From contig JBCBZJ010000003.1 of the NCBI GenBank assembly GCA_039815375.1, positions 192,001 to 256,000 on the forward strand: a stretch of 64,000 nt of DNA, in the 5' to 3' direction. Positions 49,274 to 59,976 of the stretch are shown piece after piece. A program made the translations under genes and the position numbers. The notes beneath the pieces were generated by a model, which was given only the letters and a program-made list of their open reading frames with translations, was not told where the DNA came from and made no database searches. Numbering within the stretch: the stretch's first letter is position 1; each line of letters begins with the position of its first letter. The stretch is from Verrucomicrobiota bacterium (GTDB lineage Bacteria; Verrucomicrobiota; Verrucomicrobiia; Opitutales; Coraliomargaritaceae).

Positions 49274-49478
49274 CTTGGAGGGCGTTCAAAAAAAACTAAT
49301 TATGGTTACTCTCCAAGGCAAAGTGGACGAAATCGAAATCCAAATCGAGTTCGCAATCGATTTGGATTTCGATTTGCTACGCCATCTTCATTTTATTACG
49401 TCCGCTTTGCTGACTGCGATTTCGAGTCATATGAGCAGTAAAGCAACGCTCTTAGAAATCTATTAGACATACTCTTAG
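49274..49478 (+). mobile_element. MITE-like repeat, copy with a 26-nt insertion
   Basis: CTTGGAGGGCGTTCAA..palindrome ATCGAAATCCAAATCGA/TCGATTTGGATTTCGAT..TTAGACATACTCTTAG. Confidence 0.6.
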
Positions 49479-49795
49479 AGGAGGATGCTGGAGCAGGTGG
49501 ACTTAACCTCTGTTCCGCCTGAACGGCCGGGACGGAACACGTGAAGAATAGAAGACTTTGACGCACTTGAAAAAGTACTGACGACTGCAGTTCTCAAGTC
49601 CGTCGGAATGTCAGAGGCTGCAGTGTTTTCTTTTCGAGTATATCCCGCTGTCGTAGTCCGATCCCTTCGTTGCCTCTATCTTTATCCCTGCTAAGTCCGT
49701 TTCTGTTGAACCAGCTTCTTGCCTGTTCAATCGAATCCAAAGTTCGAAGGATGATTACATTTTCCCACACTTAAAATAGCTATAACCTCGTCGAT

Positions 49796-49822
49796 TTCAC
49801 GGTAAGTTCATCATCTTTTCAT
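49796..49822 (+). promoter_or_regulatory. cre-tag (CreB-binding direct repeat)
   Basis: TTCAC-GGTAAG-TTCAT-CATCTT-TTCAT with 11-bp period, upstream of the creD-containing unit. Confidence 0.65.
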
Positions 49823-49840
49823 ATTGCTTCGATAGGATCG

Positions 49841-51520
49841 ATGCCGATGAAAGTAATCCTATCGATCCTAGTTACTGTTCTTAGCCTGAGCGTTTTTGGT
49901 GCGAGGGCTGAGATTGAGCAGGCAACGGTAACGCTGCCTTACACTGAGCTGTTGGACCTGCTGGAGCGGGTAAAATCGGACGAAGAAGTCGCTGAAGAGC
50001 CGTCGAAGCCGCCGGTTGATGTGATCGTGCAGTCTGCGAAGTATCGCATCAACTGCGTCGACATGGATGCAGTGACCTTTGATGCAAGCTTTAGTGTGAT
50101 AAACCTATCGGATGTTTGGCAGCACGTCATTCTGGTCGAGGCGACGGAAGGTATACGTTCGATAGATCCGCCAGATGCTCGAATTGTGCAGGTGGATGGA
50201 GGGATGAGTCTTTTGTTGGAGCCCAAGGAGTCGGCTAGTGTGACGCTTGAGCTACAAGCCGGCGGAACAGCTCATTCCAAGGGTGCGATGCTGGTTCTAG
50301 ACTTCTATGCAGTAGGAGCCGCCCAGAGCTTGCTTGAAGTGACTCATAACGTGGACCCGACGGAGTTGGTGGTTTCGGGCGTAGTTGGCTCCAATCCTGA
50401 AAAGACCCTGTTCACGCTGTCTTCGCGCGAAGGGCCGGTTCAAGTTAAGATTTATGAATCCGAGGCGATCCAACCGACGCGTTGGAATGTTTCAGCCGAG
50501 CATTGGATTCGTGATCTCAGTGGACTTCTGAAAGTTAACTGCCGGGTGCGGCTCAGTGCAACAGATGGCGGCCTCACAACCGGAGCGAAGCTCTTTCTTG
50601 GGAGTCCTGCGATTGTCCATTCGGTCAGATATTTGAGCGATACTGCGAAGGGGAGAGAATCTATCCAAATGACTGAAGACGGTCCTGTTATTCATATACA
50701 ATGGCCGCACGACGAAGCGGCGCACCGCGAGTTACTGGTCAGCTACGCCGTGCCAATATCTATCATAGATGGTGCATTTTCAGTGCCGCTCATACGTGCG
50801 TCAGAGGCGTCGCAGCAAGAGGCGGGTTGCTACGTTTCACAATTCGATGGTTTTGAAGTAAAGCCTCGGGGCAAAGAGTGGGAGCGGGTCGAGCGATTGC
50901 CGTATTGGATTGATGAGGGTGTGCGAGCGGAGAGCCTTCGTTATCTAGAACTAGGTGAGTCTGATTTGCTGACGCTTACTGCGCGTTTGCTGCCACGTGT
51001 GGAAACGGCTCCGGCCACGGTTCAAATGGCGCAGTATACATCCTCTGTTGTTGCAGATGGAGGCATGCTTCATAAGGCCGAAGTCCATATCGACCATTCT
51101 GAATCGTCAGAGTATCGGGTTAAGCTTCCACAAAGTGCGAAACTACTTTCCTGCACCATGAACGGTCGAACTGCCGAACCGCTACTCGCGGAGGACGGCG
51201 CCTTGCTTTTTACCCTGCCCGGAGGAGCGGATGGAAACGGCACGAGCCGTGTGACTTACGTCTTTACTGCCAAAGGTGTGAAGATGGACCCGGTGGAGGG
51301 TAAGGCCCAAATTGAGCTGCCGCGCACAACGTTGTTTGTTCATAAGTTGAGTTGGGAGGTGCAACTGCCGAGTGAGTATGAAGCTACCGCCTTGGAGGGA
51401 AATGTCGTGATTGAAGCTGGTGGTTCAAAGGGTGGTATTGTGCGGTTGAGCAAGCAGATCTTCGACGATGAAACGCCCTTGGCCTCACTCTATTACACAC
51501 GCCGTGATCTCGAGAATTAA
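49841..51520 (+). CDS. Exported hypothetical protein, first gene of the creD unit
   Basis: 559-aa ORF with signal peptide; no recognised domain. Confidence 0.75.
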   Translation: MPMKVILSILVTVLSLSVFGARAEIEQATVTLPYTELLDLLERVKSDEEVAEEPSKPPVDVIVQSAKYRINCVDMDAVTFDASFSVINLSDVWQHVILVEATEGIRSIDPPDARIVQVDGGMSLLLEPKESASVTLELQAGGTAHSKGAMLVLDFYAVGAAQSLLEVTHNVDPTELVVSGVVGSNPEKTLFTLSSREGPVQVKIYESEAIQPTRWNVSAEHWIRDLSGLLKVNCRVRLSATDGGLTTGAKLFLGSPAIVHSVRYLSDTAKGRESIQMTEDGPVIHIQWPHDEAAHRELLVSYAVPISIIDGAFSVPLIRASEASQQEAGCYVSQFDGFEVKPRGKEWERVERLPYWIDEGVRAESLRYLELGESDLLTLTARLLPRVETAPATVQMAQYTSSVVADGGMLHKAEVHIDHSESSEYRVKLPQSAKLLSCTMNGRTAEPLLAEDGALLFTLPGGADGNGTSRVTYVFTAKGVKMDPVEGKAQIELPRTTLFVHKLSWEVQLPSEYEATALEGNVVIEAGGSKGGIVRLSKQIFDDETPLASLYYTRRDLEN

Positions 51521-51543
51521 TTTAAATCCAACCGTCAATAGCT

Positions 51544-52785
51544 ATGCATAAAAACACATTAACATTTCGTTCCGTTCTCGCGATCGCGTTTATTTTTATC
51601 TGCACAACCGTGGGTTGGTTCATTCTGGGAGGTGCGTTGACGCATCGTTCCATGGACCGTGCCGGCACACTCGTGCACGAAGTGCAAAAAACTTGGGGGC
51701 CCGAACTGCGCCAGCAGCACCCGATCGCCTGGTATGCATCGCCGGCCAGTGCCTCCGGTCGCTCTGCGGTCAGTCCAAGCATGAGTCGCGTGCAGGTAAA
51801 CCTCCAATATGAGCCGAAGCGAAAGGGTTTGTTCTGGTATCGCACCTATCAGGCTCAGTTTGAGGCGAATTACGAAATCCCGAACCCTACCCCGATTGAG
51901 CAAACCGTCTATGTGGCCTTTAGTCTGCCATCCTCAGACGCCAGCTACAACGCATTCACCTTTGACTTGGAAGGAGCAAATGTCGATGAGCCGGTTCTGC
52001 GTGATGGTAGGATCACCCAAGCAGTTGTCATTCCGGCGCAGAGTGCCGTCCCCTTGAAAGTAACCTACCATGCGCGTGGAATGAATCATTGGAAATATGA
52101 CCTTAATGGCGCGACCCGCGTGCAGAACTTCCAGCTCGCGATGACGGGTGATTTCGATTCGATTAACTTTCCCGTTGGCACGGCATCGCCTACGGATCGT
52201 TCTGAGATCAATGGCGGTGGCTGGAATCTGCTTTGGGACTACCCGGATGTAATTGGGGCACAGTCGATTGGTATGGATATGCCGAAGGTTCTAAATCCGG
52301 GGCCGATCGCCAGCCGGATCAGTTTCTTTGCACCGGTATCTCTCCTCTTCTTTTTTGCGGTGCTGCTGATTCTCGGTGCTGTCAAAGGCATCAATCTGCA
52401 TCCAATGAATTATTTCTTCCTCGCGGCCGGCTGCTTTGCCTTTCAGTTGCTCTTTGCCTATACGGTCGACCTCATGCCGATTCATTTCTGCTTCTTTCTC
52501 TCTGCGGGGGTTTCGCTCATTTTGGTCTGCGGTTATTTGCATGCTGTGGGAGGACGCCAATTAACTCGTATCGCTCTGCCCGCGCAGCTTGCCTATATGG
52601 TCCTGTTTAGCTACAGTTTCTTCTTCGATGGGTTGAGTGGCCTTACTATTGCGATTGGTGCGGTCCTCACTCTGGCCGTGCTGATGAGGACGACCGCCAA
52701 GATGGATTGGGAGCAGGTATTTGTCGCTCGTCGATACCGCGATCCGGTCGAACCACCCGCAATTCCTCCGGCCCCGCAAATCTAG
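51544..52785 (+). CDS. creD: Inner membrane CreD-family protein
   Basis: N-terminal TM, periplasmic domain, C-terminal TM bundle with LHPMNY and T.K.DW; adjacent to creBC. Confidence 0.7.
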   Translation: MHKNTLTFRSVLAIAFIFICTTVGWFILGGALTHRSMDRAGTLVHEVQKTWGPELRQQHPIAWYASPASASGRSAVSPSMSRVQVNLQYEPKRKGLFWYRTYQAQFEANYEIPNPTPIEQTVYVAFSLPSSDASYNAFTFDLEGANVDEPVLRDGRITQAVVIPAQSAVPLKVTYHARGMNHWKYDLNGATRVQNFQLAMTGDFDSINFPVGTASPTDRSEINGGGWNLLWDYPDVIGAQSIGMDMPKVLNPGPIASRISFFAPVSLLFFFAVLLILGAVKGINLHPMNYFFLAAGCFAFQLLFAYTVDLMPIHFCFFLSAGVSLILVCGYLHAVGGRQLTRIALPAQLAYMVLFSYSFFFDGLSGLTIAIGAVLTLAVLMRTTAKMDWEQVFVARRYRDPVEPPAIPPAPQI

Positions 52786-52872
52786 TTTATATCAGATGGC
52801 TCGCCGCTTGCATGAACGCTGCGCTCCACCTTAACTGTCTTTGGATATGATATTTCAGGATACCGGATAAAG

Positions 52873-53589
52873 ATGTCTTTGCTTTCAAATCATACCTCGC
52901 GCGTTCTGGTCGTCGAGGACGAGCCCTCGATTCGCGATAGCGTTGTTTATGCGCTCGAATCGGAGGGCTTTGCCGTCGATTGGGAAGGGGCCGGTGGTGA
53001 TGCATTAAAGCGGTTAGACGAGGTCGATTACGCACTCATCGTTCTAGACGTCGGTCTTCCGGATATGAGTGGCTTTGATGTCTGCCGTGAGCTACGCAAG
53101 TCGATGCAGGTGCCGGTCATCTTCCTGACGGCACGGGCCTCCGAAGTGGATCGTGTGGTGGGTCTTGAGATCGGGGCCGATGATTATGTGTCTAAGCCAT
53201 TCAGTCCCAGAGAACTTTCGGCTCGAGTGCGGGCGAACATTCGTAGGGCTCAGTTGACTCGACCGGATGGTAAATTGAGCCAGCCGGTTACCACCGACAT
53301 GCCCTTTGAAGTCGATTACGAGCGATGGGTTATTTTTTACTTTAACGAGCCGATGAGTCTTTCCCGCTACGAATTCCGCTTGCTGGCCGCTCTGGTAGAG
53401 AAGCCTGGCCGTGTCTATTCGCGTGCGCAACTCATGGACGCTGCATGGGAAGAACCGGATGCATCAATGGAGCGGACGGTCGATACACATATCAAAAGTG
53501 TGCGGGCTAAGCTGAAGCAATTACGGGCTGATATCGACCCGATCGTCACGCACCGTGGCATTGGCTATTCCTTGAGGGAAGACTGGTGA
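52873..53589 (+). CDS. creB: OmpR-family response regulator
   Basis: VEDEPSI, LDVGLPD.SGFD, DRVVGLEIGADDY, RTVDTHIK..RAKL, THRG.GY. Confidence 0.88.
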   Translation: MSLLSNHTSRVLVVEDEPSIRDSVVYALESEGFAVDWEGAGGDALKRLDEVDYALIVLDVGLPDMSGFDVCRELRKSMQVPVIFLTARASEVDRVVGLEIGADDYVSKPFSPRELSARVRANIRRAQLTRPDGKLSQPVTTDMPFEVDYERWVIFYFNEPMSLSRYEFRLLAALVEKPGRVYSRAQLMDAAWEEPDASMERTVDTHIKSVRAKLKQLRADIDPIVTHRGIGYSLREDW

Positions 53590-55019
53590 GTCTGACTAAT
53601 CGTATATTGATTAGTCTCGGGCTGATGGCGGTGGCGGGATTTGCGGTCTTGCTCAATCCGATACTGGATCGGGTGGAGCGTCAGTATTTGGAGGCGACTG
53701 AAGAGCCCATGGTTGATGTGGCAGAGATCCTTGCGGCGTTGCTTTCGAATCAGGGTGAGGAGGGCTTGTTTGCGCCCGAGAACTGGCGAAGCGGGATGGA
53801 GTCGGTTAAGGCGAAATCACTCAATGCGAAGATCTATAATCTGATGAAACATAAAGTCCTGATGGACTTTTATATTACGGATGCGGAGGGCATCATTATC
53901 TACGATTCGGGAATCGCTGCCAAGCCGGGCGAGGACTTTAGCATTTATCTCGATGTTTATCGCACGCTTCGTGGCGAATATGGGGCGCGGTCCTCACGTT
54001 TGGATGAAGAAGACCCGACGTCTTCAATTATGTATGTCGGGGCACCGATTGTGAACGAAGGTGAGATTCTTGGAGTGCTTTCCGTCTACAAGCCCCAGCG
54101 TAGTATGCTGCTTTTCATTATCGAGACGAAGGATAGGCTCTTTAAGTTCGGACTGACTGCGTTGGTTCTGGTCCTGCTGCTTGGCTGGTTGCTTTCAAAG
54201 TGGGTCACTTTTCCGCTTAAGCGTTTGACGAATTACGCGGCGGCGGTTGCTCGTGGAGAAAAGCCTGCGGCACCCATTATGCCGGGGCGGCATTTGCGCA
54301 TTCTTGGGGAGACGACGGAGGCGATGCGCGACGCTCTGGAGAATCGGAAATACGTGGAAAGTTACGTTCAATCGATGACACATGAGATGAAGTCACCAAT
54401 TGCTGGCATACGCGGTGCTTCGGAGCTTCTGCATGAGGAGCTTCCGGCGGAGAAACGTACGCAGTTTCTTAACAATATTAAGACTGAGTCGGTGCGCTTG
54501 CAGAATTTGGTGGACCAGCTGCTTGCACTTTCTTCGCTGGAGAATCGAACCAAGCTCGGTGCGCCGACGGATGTCTCGATGGGGTCCTTGCTGCGCCGTG
54601 TGGTGAAACAGCATCAATCGAGCCTCTTGGGCAAAGACATCTGCTTTGAGATCGATGCACGGGAAGACCCGGTCGTCTCCGGGGAGGAATTTTTGCTCGA
54701 GACAGCCCTGAGCAATCTGGTGCAGAATGCCATCGATTTCTCACCTTCGGGCGGTTCGATAGCTTTGATTCTAAGAATTGATGATCAAGAACTTCGTCTC
54801 ACTATTCTGGACGAGGGGCCCGGTATTCCGGACTATGCCCTTGAGCGTATCTTTGACCGTTTCTATTCACTTCCTCGCCCGAATTCAGAGCATAAGAGTT
54901 CCGGGCTCGGGCTTTGTTTCGCACGCGAAGCGATCGAACTGCATGGAGGCAGTTTGGGGCTAAAGAATCGTGGAGACCGTTCCGGGGTGCGGGCCGATTT
55001 AATTTTACCTCAACTGTAG
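53586..55019 (+). CDS. creC: Sensor histidine kinase
   Basis: [43 protein letters not shown]. Confidence 0.9.
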   Translation: MSLTNRILISLGLMAVAGFAVLLNPILDRVERQYLEATEEPMVDVAEILAALLSNQGEEGLFAPENWRSGMESVKAKSLNAKIYNLMKHKVLMDFYITDAEGIIIYDSGIAAKPGEDFSIYLDVYRTLRGEYGARSSRLDEEDPTSSIMYVGAPIVNEGEILGVLSVYKPQRSMLLFIIETKDRLFKFGLTALVLVLLLGWLLSKWVTFPLKRLTNYAAAVARGEKPAAPIMPGRHLRILGETTEAMRDALENRKYVESYVQSMTHEMKSPIAGIRGASELLHEELPAEKRTQFLNNIKTESVRLQNLVDQLLALSSLENRTKLGAPTDVSMGSLLRRVVKQHQSSLLGKDICFEIDAREDPVVSGEEFLLETALSNLVQNAIDFSPSGGSIALILRIDDQELRLTILDEGPGIPDYALERIFDRFYSLPRPNSEHKSSGLGLCFAREAIELHGGSLGLKNRGDRSGVRADLILPQL

Positions 55020-55906
55020 CGTGCGTGCATGGCAGCGAGTGGGAAGTTCTTACCGGGGCAGATGGTTTGCTCTCCTTTTAGCTCACGATGCCCGGCGAAG
55101 TGGGTTTTCTTTCTCAGGACGTCGCCTTGCAGCCATTCCATGAGTTGGGTGAAGGCGTCCAACTGGCGGCGGCTTGGATGGGTTTTTTCAAAGTTGCCGA
55201 TGAGGCAAATGCCAATTGCAGTGAGGTTCAGCTTGTAGCTTTTGACGTGTCCGCCGAGGAGCTGCTTTTTCCAGCGCGGACCGACTTCGATCTCGCCATC
55301 GCCTGAATCGATCCCGTTGCCGATAAGGAAATGGTAGGCTAGGCCGTTCTGCATGCCGCGGCGGCGGTGGGCCGCATCGTATTTGGTGGCGTTACCGTAT
55401 TTGATGCCGCTGTGGTGGACGACAATGCGTTGCCAGTTGTCGCGGCGCACATTGATGTCGGCAGTTTCTGTCCGAACTGTTGCCAATAAATCAAGTTTTG
55501 GGCTTGAGGAGGCTGGAATGTTGAGCTTTTGCCCAATCCGGATGACATCGTTGTTCAGGCCATTGTGTATTTTAAGTTCGTTCACTGTCACGCCGTAGCG
55601 GATTGCGATAGCACCCAGCGTGTCTCCACGACCCACAATGTGGTGGCTCATCGTTTGTGCCGCTGATTCGGCCAGGCCGCCGGATGGTATGGTGAGTTTC
55701 TGGCCGATCTGGATCAGGTCGCCTGAAATGTTGTTCGCTTGTTTGAGAGAGTGGGTTGAAACTCCGAATTGCTGAGCTATTTGACCAAGGGTATCGCCCC
55801 TTTTGACCACGTAGTTTGCCTGTGCTGAAAGATGGCCTGAGAGTGTGCCAAAGGCTAGCCCCGAAAGCAGAGCGGTTTTGGTAAATTGGCGACGGTTACA
55901 ACGCAT
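55010..55906 (-). CDS. Tat-exported N-acetylmuramoyl-L-alanine amidase (Amidase_2) with two LysM domains
   Basis: NRRQF Tat motif; two V..GDTL..IA LysM units; [26 protein letters not shown]. Confidence 0.88.
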   Translation of the reverse strand: MRCNRRQFTKTALLSGLAFGTLSGHLSAQANYVVKRGDTLGQIAQQFGVSTHSLKQANNISGDLIQIGQKLTIPSGGLAESAAQTMSHHIVGRGDTLGAIAIRYGVTVNELKIHNGLNNDVIRIGQKLNIPASSSPKLDLLATVRTETADINVRRDNWQRIVVHHSGIKYGNATKYDAAHRRRGMQNGLAYHFLIGNGIDSGDGEIEVGPRWKKQLLGGHVKSYKLNLTAIGICLIGNFEKTHPSRRQLDAFTQLMEWLQGDVLRKKTHFAGHRELKGEQTICPGKNFPLAAMHARYS

Positions 55907-56012
55907 CTCTTTCGAGACATGGAAATTGCATAGTTTGTGCCCTCTGTAAAGGAATGGGTCCTCAGGGCTCGCATTATTTCAGGAATCCACTTTTTAGTCT
56001 CCTTTCCTAGCT

Positions 56013-57521
56013 ATGAACTCACTTCGACATTTTGCTCTTGGAGAGCCATTTCCAGCCAGTCCACATGCAGTGATCAGCTGCCTGCCGACGATGGCTGACG
56101 TGTGTGGCTACGAGGAGCATGATCCACGAGTCATGGATGTGATGAAGTCGGGCTACCCGCGATTCGTGGTGCATGAATTTGTGCAACAGCTCATCGGATT
56201 TTATGCGGATCGTGAATCCTTGGCGGGGCGTTATGCGCGATTGGTTTCAGGTCGGCGTGCAGCGAATGACATGCTCGAATGGCTGGGTGAGGGCTTCGTG
56301 AAGCTGGAAGTAGATGAGTCGGTTTACCTGATCCACTGTGATGCGTCTGATGAACAACGTTCTCATGACGTGCGCAAGTTTGTCCAGCATACGGGCTGCG
56401 GTATTTCTTCCCGACAGGCGGAGGATCTACTGATTCAGCACGGTCTTCGGGAAAAGCGGTTTGCCGAGGAGTCGTTTGCCGGGAATGCGCTTTCCGAGGT
56501 CGAAGCTAAATTGGCTAAACAGATTGGTTGTCGGCAATCGGATGTCTTGGTCTGCGCTTCCGGGATGAATGCGTTTTACGCCAGCTTTCGCGCTATACAG
56601 GAGTTTCAGCAAAGCCGTAAACGCACGGCTTGGGTCCAGCTGGGTTGGCTCTATCTTGATTCAGGTAAGATTTTGGCGCAGTATCTTTCTGAAGGAGAGA
56701 GTCTGGAATGCATCTATGACGTATTTGATGTGGATGCGGTGCTTGCTCGAATTCATGAGCTGGGTGATTCGCTCGCTGCTGTTGTGGTTGAGTGTCCGTC
56801 GAACCCTTTGATTCAAGTCTGTGAGCTCCGTCGTATTGCAACCGCAGTTCGTGAGCAGGGCGGTGCAATGCTCGTCGATCCGACCATTGCGTCGGTCTAT
56901 AATACGGATGTTCTGGCATCCACCGATATTCTGACCACGAGTTTAACGAAGTATGCGGCGATTGAGGGCGACGTCATGATTGGTGCTTTGGCGGTGAACC
57001 CGGATTCGCCGTTTTATGGGGATCTGGTTTTGAGAACATCCAGCTTTCATGTGCCGCCCTATGCGCGTGACTTGGCTCGACTCGCCTATGAGATGGAACT
57101 CGCTCCGGCAATCATTGAGAAAATGAATGCCAACGCTGCGAAGCTCTGCGCATATCTTAGGCAACACAAGGCAGTGAAAAAAATCTATTGTGCCGGTTGC
57201 TCGGAGCATTTCGAAGAAGTCTCGAGGCAAGATGTTCCGGCCGGCGCCGTTATCTCCATCGAGTTGGAAGGTGATATTGGGAAATTCTATGACTCGGTTC
57301 GTTTGATGAAGGGACCGAGCTTTGGCACCTGCTACACTTTACTGTGCCCGTTCATGTATCTGGCACACTATGACCTTGTGACTTCAGAAGACGGTCGGGC
57401 GTTCCTGAAGAGTGTTGGGATCGATCCAGAGCTCATCCGTATATCGGTAGGCGGGGAGCCTTATGAGCAAATCGAGGCGGTGTTTGCAGAGGCGCTGGAT
57501 AGCAACTCAGGCGACTGTTGA
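56013..57521 (+). CDS. PLP-dependent cystathionine gamma-synthase-like enzyme (long, fungal Str2-type)
   Basis: PHAVISCLPT, GYEE, GYPRF, SGMNA, ECPSNP, SLTKY, KGPSFGT, AHY, IRISVG. Confidence 0.8.
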   Translation: MNSLRHFALGEPFPASPHAVISCLPTMADVCGYEEHDPRVMDVMKSGYPRFVVHEFVQQLIGFYADRESLAGRYARLVSGRRAANDMLEWLGEGFVKLEVDESVYLIHCDASDEQRSHDVRKFVQHTGCGISSRQAEDLLIQHGLREKRFAEESFAGNALSEVEAKLAKQIGCRQSDVLVCASGMNAFYASFRAIQEFQQSRKRTAWVQLGWLYLDSGKILAQYLSEGESLECIYDVFDVDAVLARIHELGDSLAAVVVECPSNPLIQVCELRRIATAVREQGGAMLVDPTIASVYNTDVLASTDILTTSLTKYAAIEGDVMIGALAVNPDSPFYGDLVLRTSSFHVPPYARDLARLAYEMELAPAIIEKMNANAAKLCAYLRQHKAVKKIYCAGCSEHFEEVSRQDVPAGAVISIELEGDIGKFYDSVRLMKGPSFGTCYTLLCPFMYLAHYDLVTSEDGRAFLKSVGIDPELIRISVGGEPYEQIEAVFAEALDSNSGDC

Positions 57522-57649
57522 GTCTAGGCAATTTCTAGGTATACACTAGGAAAATAGCGGTAAAACATCAATCCGTTACCTGAAAACGGAAGAAGGCCCG
57601 GCCGGAATCCGAGTCGTTGATGGTCTCTATGATGATAGGCTCTGATTTT

Positions 57650-57665
57650 TGGAACTATTATTGCT
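57650..57665 (+). promoter_or_regulatory. sigma54 promoter of the pyrimidine catabolic operon
   Basis: TGGAACTATTATTGCT; predicted +1 about 3 nt before ATG 57679. Confidence 0.7.
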
Positions 57666-57678
57666 TAGGGTCCTGTAA

Positions 57679-59073
57679 ATGCTTTACACGATTGAGGATA
57701 AACCTCCCTGGCCCTCGTCGGTAGTGCTCGGTTTTCAGCACTATCTGACAATGTTTGGGTCAACTGTGGCCATCCCGCTTCTGCTCCAATCTCACCTTGG
57801 TGCGTCGCAGGCTGAGTTGGCGCTACTCATTAGCACGATGTTTCTGGTCAGTGGGATTTCAACGCTTTTGCAGACAACTTTTGGCTCTCGGCTACCGATT
57901 GTTCAGGGCGGGACATTTTCGTTTCTCGGTCCGGCTATCGCTATTTGCGGTATGGCATCACTTGTGGATGCGGGCTTCGAAATGAAGATGCGGCATATTC
58001 AAGGAGCGGTGATCGCCGGCGCTTTCTTTGAGATGGCGATTGGCTTTGGTGGTTTGATGGGGCGTATCCTGAAATTCATTACGCCGGTCACCATTGCGCC
58101 GACGATTGCGCTGATCGGCCTTGCCCTTTTCAAGTTTGGCGCCCCGGTGGCAGGTGAGTATTGGGCCATCGGTGGGCTCACGATTTTCCTACTGATTCTC
58201 TTCAGCCAATATCTGAAGAAGGTCCATCCATTGATCGGTTTGTTCCCGGTCTTGCTTGGGCTTCTTCTCGCCTGGTTGGTGGCATCTGTTCTTTCGTGGT
58301 CGGGTGTTTTCACGGTGGGCCACCCCGCTTATGCTGGTTTCGGTGCGGTTAAAGAAGCACCTTGGTTTAGAGTGCCGACTCCTTTTCAGTGGGGAATGCC
58401 GATTTTTGGAGTGGCTGCCATCGTGGGTATGTTGTCCGGCTACATTGCCAGTATGATTGAATCTACCGGAGATTACTTTGCTGCAGCCCGGATGGCCAAA
58501 GCTCCAACTCCTGATTCCAAAACGGTTAATCGTGGCATTGGCTTTGAAGGGATCGGATGTCTTGTCGCGGGAATATTTGGAACGGGCAATGGCACGACGT
58601 CCTACTCGGAGAATATCGGGGCGATTGGATTGACGAGAGTAGGCAGTCGAAGAGTGATCCAGGCAGCTGGTGTGCTTATGCTGGGCTTCGCTATCTTCGG
58701 AAAGTTTGGTGCGCTCTTCGTTTCAATTCCGAGTCCGATTGTCGGGGGCATGTATTGCGTTATGTTCGCGATGGTGACCGGGGTCGGTCTCTCGAATCTG
58801 CAGTTCATTGACCTGAACTCCCCGAGGAATCTTTTCATCGTCGGCTTTTCTCTTTTTTCCGGTCTATCCGTTCCCGAGTATGTCGGTGCAAATGCGGAAA
58901 TGGTTGCAGGGCTTTTCCCGGAAGCATTCCAATGGTTGGGTGGTATTTTAATAACAATTGGAAGCTCAGGAATGGCAGTTGGAGCCTTTCTTGCTCTGGT
59001 GCTCGATAATACAATTCCCGGAACCGATGCGGAGCGCGGTATTGAATCTTTCTTATCCTCAAAAAACCAATAA
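57679..59073 (+). CDS. NCS2 / SLC23-like nucleobase permease
   Basis: GFQHYLTM, RLPIVQGGTF, ESTGDY, TTSYSENIGAIGLTRVGSRRV. Confidence 0.92.
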   Translation: MLYTIEDKPPWPSSVVLGFQHYLTMFGSTVAIPLLLQSHLGASQAELALLISTMFLVSGISTLLQTTFGSRLPIVQGGTFSFLGPAIAICGMASLVDAGFEMKMRHIQGAVIAGAFFEMAIGFGGLMGRILKFITPVTIAPTIALIGLALFKFGAPVAGEYWAIGGLTIFLLILFSQYLKKVHPLIGLFPVLLGLLLAWLVASVLSWSGVFTVGHPAYAGFGAVKEAPWFRVPTPFQWGMPIFGVAAIVGMLSGYIASMIESTGDYFAAARMAKAPTPDSKTVNRGIGFEGIGCLVAGIFGTGNGTTSYSENIGAIGLTRVGSRRVIQAAGVLMLGFAIFGKFGALFVSIPSPIVGGMYCVMFAMVTGVGLSNLQFIDLNSPRNLFIVGFSLFSGLSVPEYVGANAEMVAGLFPEAFQWLGGILITIGSSGMAVGAFLALVLDNTIPGTDAERGIESFLSSKNQ

Positions 59074-59086
59074 CCCAAGACAAGCT

Positions 59087-59956
59087 ATGGCTGAGATAAT
59101 CAAGGCAGGTCTGATACAGGCTTCATCCACACATTCCGGCGCGGAAGATCCCGGTCTTATTCGCGATGCAATGATCGAAAAACACCTTGCAATGATCGGC
59201 GAAGCAGCTGCCGAAGGTGTTCAAGTGCTCTGTTTGCAGGAGCTTTTTTATGGTCCATACTTTTGTGCGGAGCAGGATATCCGTTGGTATGAGATTACCG
59301 AGCAGATTCCTGATGGGCCCACGACGCAGCTGATGTGTGAGATCGCGAAAAAGCACCAGATGGTATTGATCGTTCCAATCTACGAGGTGGATGTTGAAGG
59401 AATCTACTACAATACCGCCGCAGTGATCGATGTGGATGGTACCTATCTCGGCAAATATCGGAAGAATCATATCCCGCATTGTCATCCTGGTTTTTGGGAG
59501 AAATTCTACTTCCGCCCGGGTAATCTCGGCTATCCTGTTTTCAAGACCAAGGTCGGAACGATAGGCGTTTATATCTGTTACGACCGGCACTTCCCGGAAG
59601 GTGCCCGGGCGCTTGCGCTGAACGGGGCTGAGATGGTGTTTAATCCATCGGCGACAGTTGCAGGCCTCAGTGAGTATCTCTGGAAGCTGGAGCAACCGGC
59701 ACACTGCGTGGCGAACGGGTATTTCCTCGGAGCAATTAATCGTGTCGGGACAGAGGCACCCTGGGGTATCGGCGAGTTCTACGGACAGTCGTATTTCTGT
59801 AATCCTCGTGGGCAGCTAATTGCTGAAGCTTCACGGGATCAGGATGAGCTTCTTGTTGCTGACATCAATCTCGCCCAGATCCGCGAAGTTCGCGATACTT
59901 GGCAATTCTTTCGGGACCGCCGTCCGGAATCCTACGGCCCCCTGGTTCAGCCCTAG
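59087..59956 (+). CDS. Beta-ureidopropionase (nitrilase family)
   Basis: [27 protein letters not shown]; operon context. Confidence 0.85.
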   Translation: MAEIIKAGLIQASSTHSGAEDPGLIRDAMIEKHLAMIGEAAAEGVQVLCLQELFYGPYFCAEQDIRWYEITEQIPDGPTTQLMCEIAKKHQMVLIVPIYEVDVEGIYYNTAAVIDVDGTYLGKYRKNHIPHCHPGFWEKFYFRPGNLGYPVFKTKVGTIGVYICYDRHFPEGARALALNGAEMVFNPSATVAGLSEYLWKLEQPAHCVANGYFLGAINRVGTEAPWGIGEFYGQSYFCNPRGQLIAEASRDQDELLVADINLAQIREVRDTWQFFRDRRPESYGPLVQP

Positions 59957-59976
59957 TAAAAATCGGTTTCGTTTTT

